Source of the DNA: Ruditapes philippinarum
Lineage: Eukaryota
Length of the DNA: 64,000 nucleotides
Direction of reading: 5' to 3'
NCBI RefSeq assembly: GCF_026571515.1
Contig: NW_026862309.1
Location: 248,001-312,000, forward strand
In this document: in pieces, positions 27,322 to 40,064 of the stretch
How the letters are laid out: each line of letters starts with the position of its first letter
How positions within the stretch are numbered: the first letter of the stretch is position 1
The notes under the pieces: model-generated
Seen by the model: the letters and a program-made list of their open reading frames with translations, nothing else
Database searches by the model: none
Told to the model about the DNA's origin: nothing
Translations under genes and position numbers: made by a program

Positions 27322-29396
27322 TAGACCAGTCCAGAGGAAGTGCTGTTTCAAAGAACCCTGTTTTAACTTATCTTTTATGATACATAATAATATTGCTCCT
27401 GCGAATAACTTGAAATGTATTGAAACAATTCTATTATAACACATCACAAAGTGATTGACAAGAGATCTATATAATGCTACCTTGCTTTTTGACTGAACGG
27501 AGATTAAGATGAGTTACTGTCAACTGCATTTTTAGATAATTTTGAAGCATTAACGGTTGAAGGCTATATAACCCGAGCAGTTTCTATAGGCGAGGGTTAT
27601 ATTGCGAACAACCGTTTTTACATGTCAGACATCTTTATAACTATTTAATAATCAGCATAACGTAAATTACTTCATCCAATTATATCCTTAGTTATAAAGA
27701 TTTTTGACAGGTTATATATGTCTCTAGGTATAATGACCCGAACCGTAAGGTAGGTGTTATATTGCAAAGAACCGTTTATATACGGCCATATAACACTATC
27801 AAGAATATCTATTATACGAATTTATAATACTGCAAACTTCTAATATTGGAGATTGGGTTATTTTTCCAAACAACCGTTTATATAAGGCCATATAACTGTC
27901 AAAATCTTCATAATGATAATCTAAAGATCATTGGTCACGATATCCAATGAAAAACGACGATAAAAATGCGCAATATTAAAAGGAACACATTTAAATAGTC
28001 TTCGTTTGTGAAATTACAATGCCGGAACTTAGATATCTCTACAACAGTTACATTCATCATGCCACTAGTGTAAAGAAATTGCCCCGCCATGGGGTCATCA
28101 TTTTATAAGCAATTTACTAAATTTACGAGTAATATTAATTACTTTTATCAAAAAAGAAACCTCTTCTCCCGGAACTAAATACTGAAGCATAGATATTTGA
28201 CATGTAGCATAATTATCCTATTTTGTAAATTAATCATATTTCATTTCGGTAACGCGAGCAACTCAAGTATCAAGGAAAATTCCAACTAATTATAACCATC
28301 TTTCTCCTCCTATTTATAAGATCAGACAAGCCACAATCTTGTTTCTTCCTTATTTATTTTAACTAGACCAGTTCCAGAGGAAAGTGCTGTTTTCTTAGTT
28401 TTAACTTATAATACATGAATAATATTGCTCCTGCGAATAACTTGAAATGTATTGAAACAATTCTATTATAACACATCACATAGTGATTGACCAGATATCT
28501 ATATAATGCTACCTTGCTTTTTGACTGAACGGAGATTAAGATGAGTTACTGTCAACTGCATTTTTAGATAATTTTGAAGCATTAACGGTTGAAGGCTTAT
28601 ATAACCCGAGCAGTTCTATAGGCGAGGGTTATATTGCGAACAACCGTTTTTACATGTCAGACATCTTTATAACTATTTAATAATCAGCATAACGTAAATT
28701 ACTTCATCCAATTATATCCTTAGTTATAAAGATTTTTGACAGGTTATATATGTCTCTAGGTATAATGACCCGAACCGTAAGGTAGGTGTTATATTGCAAA
28801 GAACCGTTTATATACGGCCATATAACACTATCAAGAATATCTATTATACGAATTTATAATACTGCAAACTTCTAATATTGGAGATTGGGTTATTTTTCCA
28901 AACAACCGTTTATATAAGGCCATATAACCTGTCAAAAATCTTCATAACTGATAATCTAAAGATCATTGGTCACGATTATCCAATGAAAAGCGACGATAAA
29001 AATGCGCAATATTAAAAGGAACACATTTTAGATATTCTTCGTTTGTGAAATTACAATGCCCGGAACTTAGATATCTCTACAACAGTTACATTCATCATGC
29101 CACTAGTGTAAGTAATTGTCCCGCCATGGGGTCATCATTTTATAAGCAATTTACTAAATTTACGAGTAATATTAATTACTTTTATTTAAAAAAAACACCT
29201 CTTCTCCCGGAACTAAATACTGAAGCATAGATATTTGACATGTAGCATAATTATCCTATTTTGTAAATTAATCATATTTCATTTCGGTAACGCGAGCAAC
29301 TCAAGTATCAAGGGAAAATTCCAACTAATTATAACCATCTTTCTCCTCCTATTTATAAAGATCAGACAAGCCACAATCTTGTTTCTTCCTTATTTT
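27322..29396. repeat. ~1.04-kb tandem direct duplication
   Basis: Copy 1 spans ~27322-28355 and copy 2 ~28364-29396. The core is near-identical; differences are mostly 1-bp indels near the copy ends. Confidence 0.9.
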
Positions 29397-30881
29397 ATAT
29401 TAAAAGGTATTTTCCTTAAAAAATTAATCTCTTTCGAATCTTATTAACATTTAATTGAAAGTAAGGGCGCTTAAGCATGAATATGCTTGCTATTCGTTCT
29501 TATTAAATATAGAATTTATACAATCCGAATGTTTTTACATCTATTTACATATCAATAAGATTTATGACAAGGTTCCAAATCGAGACTGAACTCATATGTC
29601 CGAGACTAATTCCCATTCATACAGGTTTCTCTGATTTTAGTTATTATAAGCGCACGATTCATGTTAAGCTGTATGATAATGCTCGTCTATTCTGGCCGGA
29701 ATGAATGCAAAACACCATGAACAATAAATATTTTATCTAAAATTTGAAATATTTCCAAAGAGCTTGTTGTACAAATATTTTCCTATTATTCAATTAATTT
29801 GTAATTAAAAAAAATTGTGTTTTTGTCACATCGATTGTTCTAGCTGTACTGATCAGGGTCTTTCAAATAGAAACTTATCTGAAATCTACTTGAAAGACCC
29901 TATATATCTATAATAATGATATAGATATCATAGAGACCATATACTGAAAATTAGGTGTACTTGTATAATTTCTGCAATCATGGGAAGGTATCTAAGTAAA
30001 GATTTAACATAACGTCTAATGATATTAAATTGCCAGCTTTCATTATATCTTCTATCAATGTACAACTTCAATTAAAATTAAGAACAGATAAGACCCATAT
30101 ATTCACAAATAAGTATGTGTTTCTGTACAAAAGATAGACCGGTAATTTCAAAATTTATTGGCATTTCTCAACCTGTTAAGCTTATCAAAAGGGTAAGAAA
30201 GAAAGCAACTATTGTGTTTGTCTTCGTATAAAAAGAATGAAATCTAGGTCCGAATATTAAGCTGTTAAAATATGTTTGTCGTTGTAATTAAGAAAAGTAT
30301 TATCAAGATTAAAGATGTGACATGATCTATAATCTTATACAGAGATATAAATCAGTAAAGATTTTTTCTTTTTCGAATAAATGTTAAATTAGATTAACCC
30401 AGAGATTTAGATACATTCACAAATCTAACTTGAGGAGTTATTTACATAATTATAATTTCCATAAAATATTCAATCTGTCATTTTCATTACTAAGTATGTT
30501 TATTGTGTTTTAAAACCGTGTAAAGTGCGTGTAAGTCCGGCAGATAACATATCTTAATACTTTTTACGGCCCATTATAGCAGTTACAGAACTTGCTTACA
30601 ATTTCTAACTGTCTATACGCAGAGAGTAGTTTCCGATTGTTCTATTAGTATATTTTGTGGAGTTCGACCTCAACTCATGTAATTTTCAAACAAACTTAGA
30701 TAATGGGCACTAACTTCAAAACTCTACAAACATTTAATCATTTTAATATGAACAAAAACAGTATTTTATGACTATTTGAACTATATATGTTATTAATATA
30801 TTTAATATAATTCTAATCAAGTCAAGATGAATGTCAATACAACGACTAATTAAGTTATTAGCATGCGATCTAATCATATTT

Positions 30882-32192
30882 TTATCTTTTTATCATAGTT
30901 TGTCTACGTTTTCCTGTTAAAGTTACGAGTGATAATGCTTTCGGTGACGTTTTCGTATTTCCCTTTTTATTCTGTTTCCACAATTCTGGGGTTTTGAATA
31001 AGTCAGTCCATCTTAGAGATGGTCCAGAGTCGATATCAGACGCGTTAGCTAATGTTGATGACATCATCCACGCGTCGTCACGTTTAAAAACTTCAGCGGC
31101 CACGTCATCTGTCTCAGTTCCCCTCGACACATGTTTGTCTGTTGATAAAACAGTTTCTCCAGAGCGCATATTCTTAGATGTAGGCGATAAACTTGTATCA
31201 TTCGGAAACAATGGATTTTGTCTTTTTCCTTGTTGTACATAAAACCGCCTTTGGTCTGATCCTACAGAGAACTCATCCTGTGTAAATACATCTTTGAAAT
31301 AATCGTCTTCATTAAGTACAAATGATTCACTTCTCTTATTTTTGGTTTCTGACTGAGTTACAAAAACATCATTTATCATTTCGTCGAAGTCACTTTTAGA
31401 AGAAGAATCCGAACTATCGTTGTGCTGGCTTTTTTTAACTGTATGCTTTGATACATATTCCCTGTCGTTCAGGATATCTTCAATGACGTCACCTGCATGT
31501 GACCCACGTAATACAAACAGAGCTTTTTCTAACTCCTCGCGGGACTCTTTACCTAACACATCAAGCACAGTGGTGTTATTTTCCTTCGACTTTCTTTTAA
31601 AAGCATCTGTATATAATTTATGTAATGTCTTTGTCACTTGTTCCGCCTTCTTTACCAAACCTACAGACTTCGATTTTGTTTTCAGCATATTGTTTTCTGC
31701 TCTTTCCTCTTGCTGTTCCCTTAACACATCTAGACTACCAAGAACTGGTGCAGACCGGTTTCTTGGGGCTCCATTTGAATAAACAGACCACGAACTGATT
31801 AAAACGGGATTTTGTCTTTCCCTGTAACTGGGAGTGGAATAAGATCCTGATACATTCTGATTATGTTCTATGTTTGGAAGTTGGGATCCACCCTTCGGTA
31901 CATGTCTCCTGCTCTTTAAGCGCTGACTCTCCTGTCTTAAGCCTTTTTTCAATGAAGGAGTTTTATATCTAATATCCCTCAGCTGTGTTCGTAGATAGTT
32001 CTGTTCCCATTCATTGTTTATTCTACAAACAGATTTAGCCCGATCCATTGCACGTGAGTATTTATCTAAAGTCTTCATTTCTCGTGCATTAATTTCACGT
32101 GTTTTTATCTGATCTTGAACGTTCAGTTTCAAATAAACACTACAAATATTCCCGTCATGATATAAATGTCCTAAATCTGGATTAGAACTCAT
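30882..32192 (-). CDS. Uncharacterised 436-aa protein, single coding exon; short helical/coiled-coil N-terminal segment, otherwise S/D/K-rich and probably disordered
   Basis: A 1311-nt open frame in very AT-rich DNA is unlikely by chance. An acceptor-like sequence (tttttggcaatagcag) precedes the ATG on the minus strand, and AATAAA lies downstream near 30500. No family recognised with confidence. Confidence 0.7.
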   Translation of the reverse strand: MSSNPDLGHLYHDGNICSVYLKLNVQDQIKTREINAREMKTLDKYSRAMDRAKSVCRINNEWEQNYLRTQLRDIRYKTPSLKKGLRQESQRLKSRRHVPKGGSQLPNIEHNQNVSGSYSTPSYRERQNPVLISSWSVYSNGAPRNRSAPVLGSLDVLREQQEERAENNMLKTKSKSVGLVKKAEQVTKTLHKLYTDAFKRKSKENNTTVLDVLGKESREELEKALFVLRGSHAGDVIEDILNDREYVSKHTVKKSQHNDSSDSSSKSDFDEMINDVFVTQSETKNKRSESFVLNEDDYFKDVFTQDEFSVGSDQRRFYVQQGKRQNPLFPNDTSLSPTSKNMRSGETVLSTDKHVSRGTETDDVAAEVFKRDDAWMMSSTLANASDIDSGPSLRWTDLFKTPELWKQNKKGNTKTSPKALSLVTLTGKRRQTMIKR

Positions 32193-33943
32193 ATTCTGCT
32201 ATTGCCAAAAATATATATAGATCTAAATGAAAAATTCTAGCAAAGACAAAATACTAGCACTTATGTTGCCGTATCACCTTTCAAATGTTCGTCCACATTA
32301 TTCACTGCAAATGTTTTACATTAGCATAACATATAAATATTGAAGCGTAATATTTATTTCCAGTTTGTTTACGAATGTTGCACAATTCAAAGTCAGTTTG
32401 TAAATACAAGACAGCTTATTGGTTATATAACGGAATCTCTTAATCCTCTCAAACAATTTGTATAGCATGAAATGTAATATCATGCAAGGTTTAATGAAAA
32501 TTATCTTAGATATTTAAGTTTTAACACCTTTTGTGTTAATTACATATTACGTTCAATAGAAATATCCTTTTTATGTTACCTTTACAAAAGAGGAATTAAT
32601 TTTGAAATTTCTACACTGCACACTCAAATATTAGAAACCTTTGTCGCTATCTGGCCGGTTTTAGTAATTCCACTTACAAGTATGTTTACGTCATCAGAGC
32701 TTATTTATTTATGAAAATAACCAAAAAAGATCCAGTTTACGATATTTTCAAAATCCCCACCTTTGTAGATAAATGTTAATGGTTTTCGTGTAAATTCATG
32801 CTGATGTATGAACTATAACTTTGACTGCATGGGTTAGAGTATTACATTTAAACAAATACCAGCAAATAAGCTCAATCTCGATATGTTCCATTATCTTTAA
32901 TGTTTGCCATATACGAGCCGGGAAAATTACAAGTGTTTTCATATCTAGATCGTTCAACGTTGTCAACTTTCAAATTGAAAATGTTAATATTTGTCATGAA
33001 AGCACTTGACATTGTGCTATTTGCTATCTTATATTAAAATATTTGATTGATTAAGCAGATACACTTATATCTTTGTACTATACTAAACTGGACCGTGCGT
33101 CATGGGTATTGGTAAAACACTCACTGTAACGTGATGACCATTTTATTTCCATTCTTTTGATAAAGTTGGGTATTAATATTTCGATATAAAGTTTCTTTTA
33201 AAAGTACACGTTAAATCGATTTATTAGCAATAAATTCATTCGCATTTCCTCCTATGAAAGTCTTGAATGATATTTTGATCTTTTCTTATTAATATTGTCG
33301 TTTCTACTTAAAAATCAAAGGCGAAGAAGATCAAGTTTATTTCTTTTTTCCTTCTTTTTTGTTATTGTAAAAAAACGTAAGCGTTAAACATGAATAAATG
33401 AAAAGTGATAGTGACAACTTTTAAATTATGACTGACAATTTTCAATTTTAATTCTTATTTATTACATTCCTTAACATACACTCTTATGGGGGATAAAATT
33501 GTCTTTCATCACAATCTCGAGGTTTTTTCCCCCTACATTACATTTGAACGTTAAATTATACGAATCAAATAAATATAGTGTAAAAATTAAAGTAAAAAAA
33601 AACGCTTGTTTATATTAATGTTTAAGTACGCGAGGATTAATTCTAAGAGTGACACTGAATGAATAAAATGGAAGAAAAATAATTCCGTTCTCTACAAGGG
33701 TTCACAAGGACATGGCATACAAATTTCAAGTTGCAAATATGTCAAAACAAAGTTGTTATATTCAATGATTTTTTCTGATTGATTGCCTACATCTAACAAA
33801 AAGCATGCCTGACAGGTTACACTGGCTGATACATAACTGTACATGTATTAATGAATTAATATAACATATGTTTTAACAGTAAGAGATTCCAACACTGTTT
33901 CTCTTTACGAAAAAAAAGTTTTGTTGTTGTTGTTGTTTTTGTT

Positions 33944-34060
33944 GTAAGTAAGTAAGTAAGTAAGTAAGTAAAGGCTTTATTTATCGAGGCTACACATTTG
34001 GTTTCCCAATCTTCCATGTGGGCCTCTAATAAAAACATAATTTACAATATATACAACTAA
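33944..34060 (-). mobile_element. 3' remnant of a non-LTR retrotransposon with (CTTA)n tail
   Basis: The minus strand reads GAGGC...GCCTC stem, then AATAAA, then about 7 copies of TTAC, the usual CR1/L2-type 3' end architecture. Confidence 0.5.
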
Positions 34061-34719
34061 AATATTACAAAAATAATTGCAACAACATTATGTTACAATG
34101 TACATTGAAATTGTCAGAACAAGAAATACATGTTAAATATTTACAGTCCATTCATAGCATAATACATGTCAAAGAAGTACATATCAAATTAAAAGAAGTG
34201 GGAAATACTTTTAAGGTGGTACATCAAATGATTGGATTCTAATTTTGTTATAAAATGATTAATTTAATGATGAGAAATGCCATGTGTGTTGTTGTTGTTG
34301 TTTTGTTCTCTTTTTTTTTGGGGGGGGGGGGGGGGAGTGGTTGTTGTTTTATTTTTTTCCGGAGAAATATATGGGTTATTATGTGAAGGCCTTAAAATGT
34401 CAGGTGATTAGACGCCTTGATCATATTATGAAAGAAAATATGTTTTATGTATTCATATTCAAAACACATACTAATACATACAATTTTAGAGTGCAAAGGA
34501 AAATGTCAGATTTAACTTCAGTGCAATAAGAGATTAAATTAAGAAGAAGAAAAATGAAGCATGTTCATAGGATACGGATGCCTCACATTCCACAGTTTTG
34601 CTTGTCTATCACAAAGCTTCCGGTGTAAAAAAGCACTACCCTTTATACTCTTTAAACAAAACGTTTGTCTCAAACGCTGCAAGAGTAACATATATAATAT
34701 ACATAATTATATTACTCAG

Positions 34720-35340
34720 AAAAGTGGAGCTATTGTCATGACCCTCTTGTCGTCGTTTGCATTAGTTGACCTTTTCTTTAAAGTCCGGTTTTCTTTTTTT
34801 CTTCAGAAACTGTAAAAGCTATTCACTTCAAACATGATATAGGCTACATGTTTATTGTAATAAGAGGATACCTTTTCGAAAGTGAATATAATAATAATTA
34901 TAATATAAACCTAAAATTCATTTCTGCAAAGCTATGTCTTTTGTACTTCTAATATTATTAATTTCTCAAAAAAAAAGAAAGAAAGAAAAACACACAAAAA
35001 ACAACAAACAAACAAAAAACGCCAAGGTCAGAATGAATACATGTTATATTTAAATTTGAATGCATTTCCAAAGGGCAGGTGACTTTTTTTCTCAGGGTAT
35101 TCTCTTTAATTTTATAGTTCTTGTTCACATGCATTTGTAGGGGAAGGTAATCCAAAAGCCTTTTTTGCTTTATTAATTCCCTCCTTGTTTGGCTTAGAAA
35201 GGTATTCACTTCAAACTTGAAATATTTATTGACTATCAAGGGCAGGTAAGACTGATAAGCATGTTTGTAGAGTTTTGCCCCTTTTATATGGTGCTTAACC
35301 AGCACTGAAAAAAGTGATGCGTGATGTCCTCGGACAGATT
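34720..35340 (+). mobile_element. Degenerate HINE-like remnant abutting the satellite-bearing element
   Basis: AGCTATTGTCATGACCC..GTCGTCG start, two TATTCACTTCAAAC core motifs, and a GTCC-TC-GGAC hairpin before the T-tract at 35338. Confidence 0.35.
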
Positions 35341-35342
35341 TT

Positions 35343-38300
35343 TTTTTATCCCCCGCCGCCTTTTATAGAAATAGTCTCCGTCCGTCCGACCTTCCGTCCT
35401 TCAGTCCGACATTTTTGTCCGGAGCATTTGAGGTATCAACTTGAAACTTCATAGGTGGATAGACCTCATTGAAGAGGAGTGCAGTGCACAATAATGATAA
35501 CTCTACCCTGCATATTTTTTGAGTTATTGCCCTTTTTTATTTTTCAAAATTAATTTTTGTACAGAAATTAACTCAAAAAGCCTTTGAGATATCAACATGA
35601 AACTTCATAGGTGCACAGATCTCACTCAGGAGGTGTGCAGTGCACAATAATGATAGCTCTACCTTTCATAATTTTTGAGTTATTGCCCTTTGTTATTTTT
35701 CATACTTAATTTTTCACCTGAGTGGAGCATAACTAAAAAAGTGTTTGAGATATCAACATGAAATGTCATAGGTGGATAGATCTTATTGAGGAGGAATGCT
35801 ATGTGCAAGAATGATAACTCTTCCCTATACAATTTTTGAGTTACTGCCCTTTGTTCTTTTTCATACTATTTTGTCGGGAGCTTATCTCAAAAAGTATTTG
35901 AGGTATCAACTTGAAACTTCATAGCTAGATGGATCTCATTGAGGAGGAGTGCAGTGCACAAGAATGGTAACTCTACCCTGCATAATTTTTTAGTTATTGC
36001 CCTTTGTTATTTTTCAAAATTAATTTTTGTCCAGAGCATAACTCAAAAAGCCTTTGATATATCAACATGAAACTTCATAGGTGCATAGATCTCACTCAGG
36101 AGGTGAACAGTGCACAAGAATGATAACTCTACCTTTCATAATTTTTGAGTTATTGCCCTTTGTTATTTTTCACACTTAATTTTTCACCTGAGTGGAGCAT
36201 AACTCAAAAAGTGTTTGAGATATTAACATGAAATGTCATATGTGGATAGATCTTATTGAGGAAGAATGCTGTGCACAAGAATGATAACTCTTCCCTATAC
36301 AATTTTCGAGTTACTGTCCCTTGTTCTTTTTCATACTATTTTGTCGGGAGCTTATCTCAAAAAGTATTTGAGGTATCAACTTGAAACTTCATAGCTGGAT
36401 GGATCTCATTGAGGAAGAGTGCAGTGCACAAGAATGATAACTCTACCCTGCATAATTTTTTAGTTATTGCCCTTTGTTATTTTTCAAAATAAATTTTTGT
36501 CCAGAGCATAACTCAAAAGACCTTTGAGATATCAACATGAAATGTCATAGGTGGATAGATCTTATTGAGGAAGAATGCTGTGCACAAGAATGATAACTCT
36601 TCCCTATACAATTTTCGAGTTACTGTCCCTTGTTCTTTTTCATACTATTTTGTCGGGAGCTTATCTCAAAAAGTATTTGAGGATCAACTTGAAACTTCAT
36701 AGCTAAATGGATCCTATTGAGGAGGAATGCAGTGCACAAGAATAATAACTCTACCCTGCATATTTTTTTAGTTATTGCCCTGTGTTATTTTTCAAAATTA
36801 ATTTTTGTCCAGAGCATAACTCAAAAGGCCTTTGAGATATCAACATGAAACTTCATAGGTGCATAGATCTCACTCAGGAGGTGTGCAGTGCATAAGAATG
36901 ATAACTCTACCTTTCATAATTTTTGAGTTATTGCCCTTTGTTATTTTTCATACTTAATTTTTCACCTGAGTGGAGCATAACTCAAAAGTGTTAGAGATGT
37001 CAACATGAAATGTCATAGGTGGATAGATCTTATTGAGGAGGAATGCTGTGTGCAAGAATGATAACTCTTCCCTATATAATTTTTGAGTTATTGCCCTTTG
37101 TTCTTTTTCATACTATTTTGTCGGGAGCTTATCTCAAAAGGTATTTGAGGTATCAACTTGAAACTTCATAGCTAGATGGATCTCATTGAGGAGGAGTGCA
37201 GTGCACAAGAATGATAACTCTACCCTGCATGATTTTTTAGTTATTGCCCTTTGTTATTTTTCAAAATTAATTTTTGTCCAGAGCATAACTCAAAAAGCCT
37301 TTGAGATATCAACACATAACTTCATAGGTGCATAGATCTAACTCAGGAGGTGTGCAGTGCACAAGAATGATAACTCTACCTTTCATAATTTTTGAGTTAT
37401 TGCCCTTTGTTATTTTTCATACTTAATTTTTCACCTGAGTGGAGCATAACTCAAAAAGTGTTTGAGATATCAACATGAAATGTCATAGGTGGATAGATCT
37501 TATTGAGGAAGAATGCTGTGCACAAGAATGATAACTCTTCCCTATACAATTTTCGAGTTACTGTCCCTTGTTCTTTTTCATACTATTTTGTCGGGAGCTT
37601 ATCTCAAAAATTATTTGAGGTATCAACTTGAAACTTCATAGCTGGATGGATCTCATTGAGGAAGAGTGCAGTGCACAAGAATGATAACTCTACCCTGCAT
37701 AATTTTTTAGTTATTGCCCTTTGTTATTTTTCAAAATAAATTTTTGTCCAGAGCATAACTCAAAAGGCCTTTGAGATATCAACATGAAACTTCATAGGTG
37801 CATAGATCTAACTCAGGAGGTGTGCAGTGCACAAGAATGATAACTCTACCTTTTATAATTTTTGAGTTATTGCCCTTTGTTATTTTTCATACTTAATTTT
37901 TCACCTGAGTGGAGCATAACTCAAAAGTGTTTGAGATGTCAACATGAAATGTCATAGGTGGATAGATCTTATTCAGGAGGAATGCTGTGCACAAGAATGA
38001 TAACTCTTCCCTTTATAATTTTTGAGTTATTGTCCTTTGTTATTTTTCATACTATTTTGTCCGGAGCTTATCTCAAAAAGTGTTTGAGGTATCAACTTGA
38101 AACTTCATAGGTGGATAGATTTTACTGAGGAGGGGTGCAGCACACAAGAATGATAACCTACCCTGCATCATTTTTCAGTTATTGTCCTTTGTTATTTTCA
38201 GCCACCAGTATTCACATAGGTTTCAAATCTGTAATCACTTCAGCCATCAGTTTTCATTACCAAAAGACCTCTGCTCTACTACATATACATTCTTCAAATG

Positions 38301-38347
38301 AGCAAACGCATTCGGTGGGGGATGGCCATGTTGACATGGCTCTTGTT
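35343..38347 (+). mobile_element. Non-autonomous Helentron (HINE/DINE-1-like) element carrying a ~2.8-kb satellite array
   Basis: Inserted in a T-tract. Sub-terminal inverted repeats ATCCCCCGCC (35348) / GGTGGGGGAT (38314); (GTCC)n microsatellite near 35378-35408; 3' hairpin GCCATGT-TG-ACATGGC followed by TCTTGTT. Confidence 0.8.
35430..38200. repeat. Satellite array of ~18 monomers (153-161 bp) organised as a ~470-bp trimeric higher-order repeat
   Basis: Monomer anchors (GAG.TATCAAC.TGAAA) at about 35430, 35586, 35747, 35900, 36056, 36217, 36370, 36526, 36679, 36833, 36994, 37147, 37302, 37463, 37617, 37772, 37932 and 38085. Confidence 0.92.
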
Positions 38348-40064
38348 TTATTTTGTTTTTTATTGATAAAACCTTATCGGTTTGGTAAAATCTGTCCTTC
38401 ATATTAATTTACCTGCAATATTATGATACTTTTGATATCCGTGGTTGTGTTTATAAATGCATTGCATCAAATGTGTATAAAGCTACATATCTGATGCAAA
38501 AATTATTGTTTGGATTTAAAAAAAAACAACTTCATTACAATGTCCAGACATCAATAAGGCAAGTATACATTTCGAAAACTACTCATCATCACACAAGAAA
38601 GACAGAATTATTGATAATTATGGCGGAATTCTTGTTTATAAAAGATAAAATACATATAGCTAAAGATTCGATCTAGAAATAACCAACACAGAATTTGGAT
38701 TAAAATTAAATTTAGATGCACATTATGCCTCAGAAATACCAATTTAATATACCAAAAACAGTTTAATGTTTGTTTTTTTATTACAGTTTTCAAAGTCATA
38801 CTCACTTGCCATATACATTGACTATCTTTTGAATATAGCTCTGTTGGCAATCTGTACAATTATAGTGAATTTGTATTTTGTCTGGAAGTCCACAATGAAA
38901 TCACAACAAATAAAAAAAACAAATCAGAAAGCGCAAAAGAGCAAATAGATAGAGCCAAAAAGCCAAAAAATACACATCACTGGGTTAAGCAGTTAAGAAA
39001 TAAAACGACACAACGTATTAGAAATGAACAACCGCGCTAGCAAACTTGCTGAAAAGTTTTTACCCTTTAAAAGGTAAAAATCTATATCTTATGAAATATT
39101 TTTATAAAATCTATCAACAGTAAAATTATATTGGTTTCATTATTATATGGCGCATTCCCGTAAAAGTTGAAACAAAGAATGTCTCTGTTATTTAACACAC
39201 ATGAATAATGTACATAAATAAAATGCATCATTTGGCTATTTTAAGTAGTGTTTTATCCGTTTAGCAATGACATTTTGTGCATGCGCCACTCGCTTTAAGG
39301 CAATTTATTGCCATTTTTATTTCATACAAGCATTTTGGAAGTATTCTTTTTTAAAATCCAAGCGATAAATTTTGCATCAGATATATAGCTTTATACACTT
39401 TAAGGTATAGATAAATATGCAATGTATAGCATTTTCTACACTAAGCTCGTCCCAAAGAGAAGAATAAAAGCTTATTTTTTGCGACGAAAAAAGCACAGCA
39501 AAGGTAGGTAGGTATTATCAAAAACTTGTTAAAAATGATGACTCTGGTCAAATGCGCGGGACTCCTGGTGTTCGCATTAAACTTATTTTGATCAGTCCAT
39601 TTATGAAATTTTGAATTTAAAAAAAAAATCATTGTTGTAGCTCTTGAACAATGCTTGGCTCGTTCCAAGAATTGACATCACTATGACTAAATATATTTTG
39701 ACAGGTGATGTTTATCGCACTTTCTTATTCTTTTAATCTGTGTCCCCTATATCAGTTCTTTCTCTAATTGGTAGAATTTCTTTTCTGATTTATTGACTTT
39801 GTTGGTTAAGTTTATATTGCGTCTTCTCTGTTTGTTATGTATTGTAGGGTGGGAATTCCTAAATTCACTTGTCTTTCACTGTATTCTTTATCCGATAATT
39901 CTCGCAGTACTTAGTACAGTAGCTAGTCTTCTCTCAACATTTTAATGGCGTCTTTTTGAATTTAGGTGCCCATATTACATCTTCATCTATGCAATACTGC
40001 TTTAAATTAAAATCGTTTACGATTACACTAAGCAGGTATACAATGTATACATTGGATTGAGAGA

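Noticed and set aside
35430-38200. Large repeat array as CRISPR or coding repeat
   Set aside because: Units are contiguous ~155-bp monomers without spacers or ORFs, bounded by Helentron-type ends.
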